From the NCBI GenBank assembly GCA_949294555.1, contig CASFHP010000002.1, positions 38,087 to 102,086 of the forward strand: DNA of 64,000 bases, read 5' to 3'. Positions 59,005 through 64,000 of this stretch are shown here, in pieces (the first letter of the stretch is position 1; the number at the start of each line of letters is the position of its first letter). The DNA comes from an uncultured Eubacteriales bacterium (GTDB lineage Bacteria > Bacillota > Clostridia > TANB77 > CAG-508). The position numbers and the translations under genes are program-made. The notes below the pieces were generated by a model that did no database searches, had not been told where the DNA came from, and saw nothing but the letters and a program-made list of their open reading frames with translations.

Positions 59005-59172
59005 ATGGAAGGAAATCAAAAAATACATTGTACAGTAGGAACTTGTAAATATAATGAAACAAATCAAAATTTATGCAAGTTACAAGCAATCCAGGTAGAG
59101 CCTACTAAAAATTGTAATATAAAACAACCAGAAGAATCAATGTGTTCAAGTTATATTTATGGGAAGGAATAA
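59005..59172 (+). CDS. DUF1540-like small cysteine-rich protein
   Basis: 56 aa. The sequence is MEGNQKIHCTVGTCKYNETNQNLCKLQAIQVEP...C..C, with the RBS GGAGGTAAG. It is not in the ORF track because of its size. Confidence 0.45.
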   Translation: MEGNQKIHCTVGTCKYNETNQNLCKLQAIQVEPTKNCNIKQPEESMCSSYIYGKE

Positions 59173-59267
59173 TTTTCTTCCCATTTTTTCTTGACATATC
59201 TATAAAATAGAAATAAAATAACCTTAGCAAAATTAAATAGGGGAAACCCAAAAAAGGAGGAAAAAAT

Positions 59268-60197
59268 ATGTTAGTTACGACAAAGGATATGTTTGAAAAA
59301 TCAATGAAAGAGGGATTTGCAGTTGGTGCATTTAATGTAAATAATATGGAAATTGTACAAGCTATTACAGATGCAGCTCATGAAACACAATCTCCTGTTA
59401 TTTTACAAGCATCTTCAAGTGCAATAAAATATGCAAGAATAGGATATTTAATGAAAATGGTACAAGCAGCAGTAGAGCAATATCCAGAAGTTCCAATGGC
59501 AATCCATTTAGACCATGGACCAGATTTCGAAACAGCAAAAATGTGTATTGACAATGGATTTACATCTGTTATGATTGATGGTTCAAAATATGATTTTGAA
59601 GAAAATGTTGCTTTAACAAAACAAGTTGTAGATTATGCACATTCTAAAGGTGTTGTTGTTGAAGCTGAACTTGGAAAATTAGCAGGTATAGAAGATGATG
59701 TAAATGTATCTGCATCTGATGCTATGTATACAGACCCAGCGCAAGCAGAAGAATTTGTAAAAAGAACAGGTTGTGACTCTTTAGCAATTGCTATAGGAAC
59801 AAGTCATGGAGCATATAAATTTAAAGGAGAAGCAAAATTAAGATTTGATATTTTAAAAGAAATCAAAGAAAGAATTCCAAACACACCAATTGTACTACAT
59901 GGTGCTTCTACTGTTATACCAGAATTAGTAGATATGTGTAATCAATATGGCGGAAACATTCCTGGTGCAAAAGGTGTTCCTGATGAAATGCTACATGAAG
60001 CAAGTATATCTGGTGTTTCTAAAATTAATGTTGATACAGACTTAAGATTAGCAATGACAGCTGGAATTAGAAAAGTATTTGTAGAAGATCCAAGTGCATT
60101 TGACCCTAGAAAATATTTAACACCAGCAAGAGAATTAATAAAAGAAACTGTTGCACATAAAATGAAAGATGTATTTGGTTCAGCAGGAAAAATATAA
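59268..60197 (+). CDS. fba: Class II fructose-bisphosphate aldolase
   Basis: Zn ligands, HLDHG, and a size of 309 aa. Confidence 0.9.
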   Translation: MLVTTKDMFEKSMKEGFAVGAFNVNNMEIVQAITDAAHETQSPVILQASSSAIKYARIGYLMKMVQAAVEQYPEVPMAIHLDHGPDFETAKMCIDNGFTSVMIDGSKYDFEENVALTKQVVDYAHSKGVVVEAELGKLAGIEDDVNVSASDAMYTDPAQAEEFVKRTGCDSLAIAIGTSHGAYKFKGEAKLRFDILKEIKERIPNTPIVLHGASTVIPELVDMCNQYGGNIPGAKGVPDEMLHEASISGVSKINVDTDLRLAMTAGIRKVFVEDPSAFDPRKYLTPARELIKETVAHKMKDVFGSAGKI

Positions 60198-60209
60198 GGA
60201 GAGAAAAAT

Positions 60210-60698
60210 ATGCCACGCTTAAAGAAAGAAGAAGTTATAAAATTATATAAAAGACCATATTCTATGACACCTGAGGAGATATGCAAATATGCAGATTATT
60301 TTATTTCAAATCCAACGGTTAAAAAATATATTAAAGAAGGAATTGAATCTGGAAAAATTAGTGAAGACGATATAAGTGCAATAAATGAAAAACAAATGGC
60401 TATTCAGAAAGAAAAATTAGAACAAGAAAGCTTCTTAAAAGAAACTGTTTTAAAATATGTATTAACAGGTAAAACTAGAAGACAAATTATAGAGGAACTA
60501 CGTGATAAACTAGATATAAATATTACCCCAAAAAAGTTACAAGCGATTATAAATGAAAAAAAATCTCAAGATGAGTTATTTAAAAAGCAATATGATGAAA
60601 TATTAAAAGTTACACGTCATCAAGCAGGAATAAAAAGTCGTCAAACATATAAAGAAAAAAATCAAAGTCAAAAAGAAGAACAAGGATTAGAATTATAG
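60210..60698 (+). CDS. Hypothetical charged helical protein co-transcribed with fba
   Basis: An ORF 13 nt after fba. No recognisable family. Confidence 0.4.
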   Translation: MPRLKKEEVIKLYKRPYSMTPEEICKYADYFISNPTVKKYIKEGIESGKISEDDISAINEKQMAIQKEKLEQESFLKETVLKYVLTGKTRRQIIEELRDKLDINITPKKLQAIINEKKSQDELFKKQYDEILKVTRHQAGIKSRQTYKEKNQSQKEEQGLEL

Positions 60699-60743
60699 CC
60701 TTGTTCTTCAAAATTTATATGCTTTTTTTACAAAATTCATCTT

Positions 60744-61202
60744 TTAATGATATTGCTTATTTTTCAAATTTATTGCAATCTGTTTTTGGGCATCTTTTTT
60801 GGCAATATCTTGTCGTTTATCATACAATTTTTTACCTTTTCCAATACCCAATTCCAGTTTAACAAAATTTCCTTTAAAATAAAGGCTAATAGGAATTAAG
60901 GTATATCCTTTTTGCTTTGTAAGACCGATTAGTTTATTAATTTCTCGTTTATTTAACAATAACTTTCTATCTCTTAAAGGATTTTTATTAAAAATATTTC
61001 CATGTTCATAAGGACTAATATGCATGCCTGATATGTAAACTTCGCCATTTTTTATATGGGCATAACTATCTTTTAAATTGACTTTTCCTGCTCGAATAGA
61101 TTTAATTTCTGTTCCAAACAATACAATGCCTGTTTCTATTTTATCTTCGATAAAATAATTATGATATGCTGTTGGATTTTTTGCAATTAATTTTGTATTC
61201 AT
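60744..61202 (-). CDS. smpB: SsrA-binding protein SmpB
   Basis: 152 aa with the typical SmpB motifs [14 protein letters not shown]...GTEIKS...LLL...EI.KL. The extended -10 promoter TGATATAAT lies at about 61225. Confidence 0.9.
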   Translation of the reverse strand: MNTKLIAKNPTAYHNYFIEDKIETGIVLFGTEIKSIRAGKVNLKDSYAHIKNGEVYISGMHISPYEHGNIFNKNPLRDRKLLLNKREINKLIGLTKQKGYTLIPISLYFKGNFVKLELGIGKGKKLYDKRQDIAKKDAQKQIAINLKNKQYH

Positions 61203-61460
61203 ATATTTACCTCTTGTTTTTTTGAATATTATATCACAGATTTTTCAATAATAAAATAGGAGAGATATATTTTCTAAACTGGAATGGTAGAAAATACTGT
61301 ATGTAGTAAAGTAATCTACAAATAAGTTATACAGGAAAATGATGCGGGCTTTGAAATAATATCATAACCAGATAAAATGTTCAAAAAGCCCGCTATTGTT
61401 TAATAACCAAAATCTTGAAACTTTAAGTTTTAAGTTATTGCTTGATGATAAAATATATAA

Positions 61461-61931
61461 TTAGTCTCTTCTTGAATGATTATTATCAGAAGTGATTTGT
61501 GCTGAATAATACCAAACAACAGCAATAATTGCAATTGCAGCAATACCTAATATTAACCAGGTCCAAGCAGTTGCATTCATCCCCATAAAAGTTGCATTAC
61601 CATTTGTAGATGTTCTTGTAGCTGTATAAGTATTATTGTTTCTATTTGTAGTGCTAGAAGTTGCATTATGCATATCTCTTTGTACTGTATTTCCAGCACC
61701 TTCTACGGCATTTCCTGCATTTTCCATAGTGTTTTCAGCCTTTTCAGTAGAATCTTCTATAGCGTCACCTGCATTATTCATAGCACCTTCAACCGCATTT
61801 TCTGCATTATTAACCGCATCTCTAACAGTATTTCCTGCATCCTTTAAAACATCTTCTGCTGCAAAACAAACAGAAAAAGAAAATATAATAGAAGTGATAA
61901 GTGCCAAAGTTATAAATAATTTCTTTTGCAT
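61461..61931 (-). CDS. Secreted or surface small protein with degenerate 11-residue Ala/Asn/Glu repeats and a C-terminal TM anchor
   Basis: A signal peptide, then repeats (DAGNTVRDAVN/NAENAVEGAMN/NAGDAIEDSTE/KAENTMENAGN/AVEGAGNTVQR), an N/T-rich stretch and a TM helix. Confidence 0.4.
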   Translation of the reverse strand: MQKKLFITLALITSIIFSFSVCFAAEDVLKDAGNTVRDAVNNAENAVEGAMNNAGDAIEDSTEKAENTMENAGNAVEGAGNTVQRDMHNATSSTTNRNNNTYTATRTSTNGNATFMGMNATAWTWLILGIAAIAIIAVVWYYSAQITSDNNHSRRD

Positions 61932-62027
61932 AATAAAAATCCTCCTTTTTTGAAATAATGAAAATAATATGAAACAATATATTTTCAATTATTATTATCC
62001 AAAAAAAGAAGGAAATTTATACATGTT

Positions 62028-62411
62028 TTATTTTCCAAGTCGAATTAAAATTGCAATTGCCAATAATATTAATAAAACACCAATTGCGATTAAAATAATG
62101 CATAAAATATTGGATATTCCTAAATCACTTTCAGGTAAACTACTTTGTACAGTTGTTGTATTTGCTGATGAAGAACTACTGCTAGATGTAGAAGTGTTTG
62201 TCGAATTCGTAGAACTTGAATTTGATGAATTTGTATTTCGAGAACTATTATTTGTTGAATTCGTTGAATTTGACGTACTATTTGTTGCATTTTCTGAATT
62301 TGTTTCATTTATATCCATATCAACAGCAGATACAGTTGTAATCCATAAAGTGAATGATAGGAATAAGATACATATTATACCAATTAAAAATTTTTTTGAA
62401 AATCTAATCAT
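62028..62411 (-). CDS. Small surface protein: signal peptide, S/T/N-rich low-complexity region, C-terminal hydrophobic anchor and basic tail
   Basis: The C-terminus LPESDLG-ISNILCIILIAIGVLLILLAIAILI-RLGK resembles a sorting-signal architecture with a non-canonical motif. Confidence 0.4.
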   Translation of the reverse strand: MIRFSKKFLIGIICILFLSFTLWITTVSAVDMDINETNSENATNSTSNSTNSTNNSSRNTNSSNSSSTNSTNTSTSSSSSSSANTTTVQSSLPESDLGISNILCIILIAIGVLLILLAIAILIRLGK

Positions 62412-62563
62412 TTTTTTACCTCCATTTAAGAAAACTTTATCATAAGTTCTCTAATATGATATCACAAATATTGAAAATATGTCTAGTATTTTTAAAAAAA
62501 TGTAAAAAATATATATTTTTTTTTATCTTTATGATATGATGTATCCGAGAAGGGGGATGAAAA

Positions 62564-64000
62564 TGAATAAATTTTTGAAAAAAATATTAATAATATTGAT
62601 TATATCTGTAATTATTTCTATCGTTATGTCTCTAGCAATTACAGAAGATAGTCAGGATGGTAAAATTCAATATCTAAATCATTTAGATTATGATGTAACC
62701 TTAAACCAAGATGGAAGCATCAATGTTGTTGAGACTTGGGACGTATATGTAAAAGATACAGGGACATTATTTAAGAATTTTACACTTTCTAATTACTTAT
62801 ATGGAGACATTACAGATGTAAAAGTTAAAGACTTAGAAAATAATTTAGAATTAACAGAGATTTACCAAGAGGTATATCATGTGGAAAACAATTTGTTTTA
62901 TGCATTAGATATTGGAGGAAATGTATTTGAAATCGCTTGGGGAACTGGAATGAGTACATCTTCAGGAAACCGAAAATATCAAATTTCTTATAAAATTGAA
63001 GATGTTATAACTAGCTATTATGATTGCCAAGAATTTTATTGGAAATTTATTGAAGAAGGAAAAAATGCTATTCCTGTAAAATCTCTAACAGGAAGTATTC
63101 ATCTACCAGAAGGTGTTCAAAATATAGAAAATTTGAAGGTATGGGGACATGGACAAATCAATGGAAATATTGAAAAAGCTTCAAATAATCTAGTAAAATT
63201 TGAAATTCAGAATTTAAGACCAGGCGCTATGCTAGAGGTAAGAGTTGTAACAGCAGAAGATATATTTGATGTATCAGAAACCAAAGAGAGAAACTATCGT
63301 AATTTAGACAGAATTATAGAAGAAGAAACAGAATGGTCAAATGAAACCAATAGACAATCTATGATAACGAAAATCGTTTTAATAGCCATCTATGCAATTA
63401 TATTGATTATCTATATTATAAAAATTGTAAAATACAGAAAAATCAATAAAAAAGAAAATGATGGTATTATCAAAAAAGACCTAAAATATTTTAGAGAAAT
63501 TCCGAGAGAGGGCGACTCTACACCAAATGAAGCAGTGTATCTGTATCATTTTGAAAAAGAAAAATTAGAAACCTCAACAGTACAGTCTGAAATGGTAGCT
63601 TCTACGATATTAAATTTATGTTTAAAAAAGATTATTACATTAGAGATTGAAGGAAAATATATTTATATTACTTTAGTAGGAGATGGTTCTTCCTTAAAAA
63701 AAGAAGAATATCAAGTATATAAATTATTATCAGAGGCAAGTAAAGGAAAAGAAAGATTAGAAATTACAGAACTAAATGATTATGCAAAAAAACATTACAC
63801 AAATTATAGTGTATATATTAATAAAATGGTAAATGAAACTAGAAATGAATTATACAATTTAGAATTCATAGATAAAAAGGAAGAAAACACATATCGAAAA
63901 TCAAAATCTGCAAGCATATTTTTTAATATAATTTTAGGTTTATATATTTTCTTATTAACGTTTGTAGCAATTATACATGTTCCATTCCTTCAAATGCCAG
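62564..64000 (+). CDS. DUF2207-domain membrane protein (3'-truncated by the window end)
   Basis: An N-terminal TM, an extracytoplasmic beta-rich domain, then TM helices. No stop codon occurs before the window end. Confidence 0.5.

Noticed and set aside
61203-61460. Searched for tmRNA (ssrA) next to smpB
   Set aside because: No tRNA-like acceptor/T-arm (GGTTCGAnTCC) and no resume-codon/tag-peptide region were found on either side of smpB. The recurring GGGGACG motif belongs to the dispersed 31-bp repeat, not to an ssrA 5' end.

Overview
This is a 64-kb window from a very AT-rich (roughly 27-30% GC) Firmicutes/Clostridia-like chromosome. Housekeeping genes (rpmE, miaB, mutS, asnB, rpmF, a csoR-copZ-copA copper operon, fba, smpB) are interleaved with accessory material. 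The accessory material comprises two HEPN/MNT toxin-antitoxin-like pairs and an OmpR-type two-component system linked to a MacB/BceAB-type ABC transporter. It also includes a radical-SAM plus UDG-like 'DNA metabolism' gene pair, an FtsZ paralog that lacks the C-terminal tail, and a PadR regulator followed by a DUF1700::SEDS-like fusion protein. Cell-wall genes are represented by an S66 LD-carboxypeptidase, VanW, VanY, and a D-Ala-D-Ala carboxypeptidase split into three frames. A GH144-like plus GH3 glycosidase pair is present. A gene-remnant-rich island lies at about 28.8-39.4 kb and contains duplicated small paralogous genes. An AAA-ATPase (DUF4143) insertion is flanked by a duplicated asnB 3' end. 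Several genes are split by frameshifts (S11 carboxypeptidase, SpoVB-like flippase, AlkP-like gene, peroxiredoxin); whether these are real or assembly errors cannot be decided from the sequence alone. No rRNA, tRNA or CRISPR array was recognised. Non-coding content worth a second look: (i) a 31-bp repeat family TGTCCAATTGGGGACGTTTCT(T/A)TTTGAGACA present in at least five copies (four full-length plus a left-arm remnant), one locus being a MITE-like inverted pair; (ii) a palindrome family GCATTATAGGAAAT-N3-ATTTCCTATAATGC at six loci, each just downstream of a terminator and upstream of a + strand gene; (iii) an approximately 204-bp MITE with 40-bp terminal inverted repeats and an ATAATGC target duplication, inserted at the edge of one such palindrome upstream of the csoR promoter; (iv) a candidate structured RNA (closing stem, internal hairpins, intrinsic terminator) upstream of the FtsZ paralog; and (v) a roughly 60-nt hairpin element present in two copies. 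Coordinates of features not in the ORF track were counted by eye and may be off by a few nucleotides.
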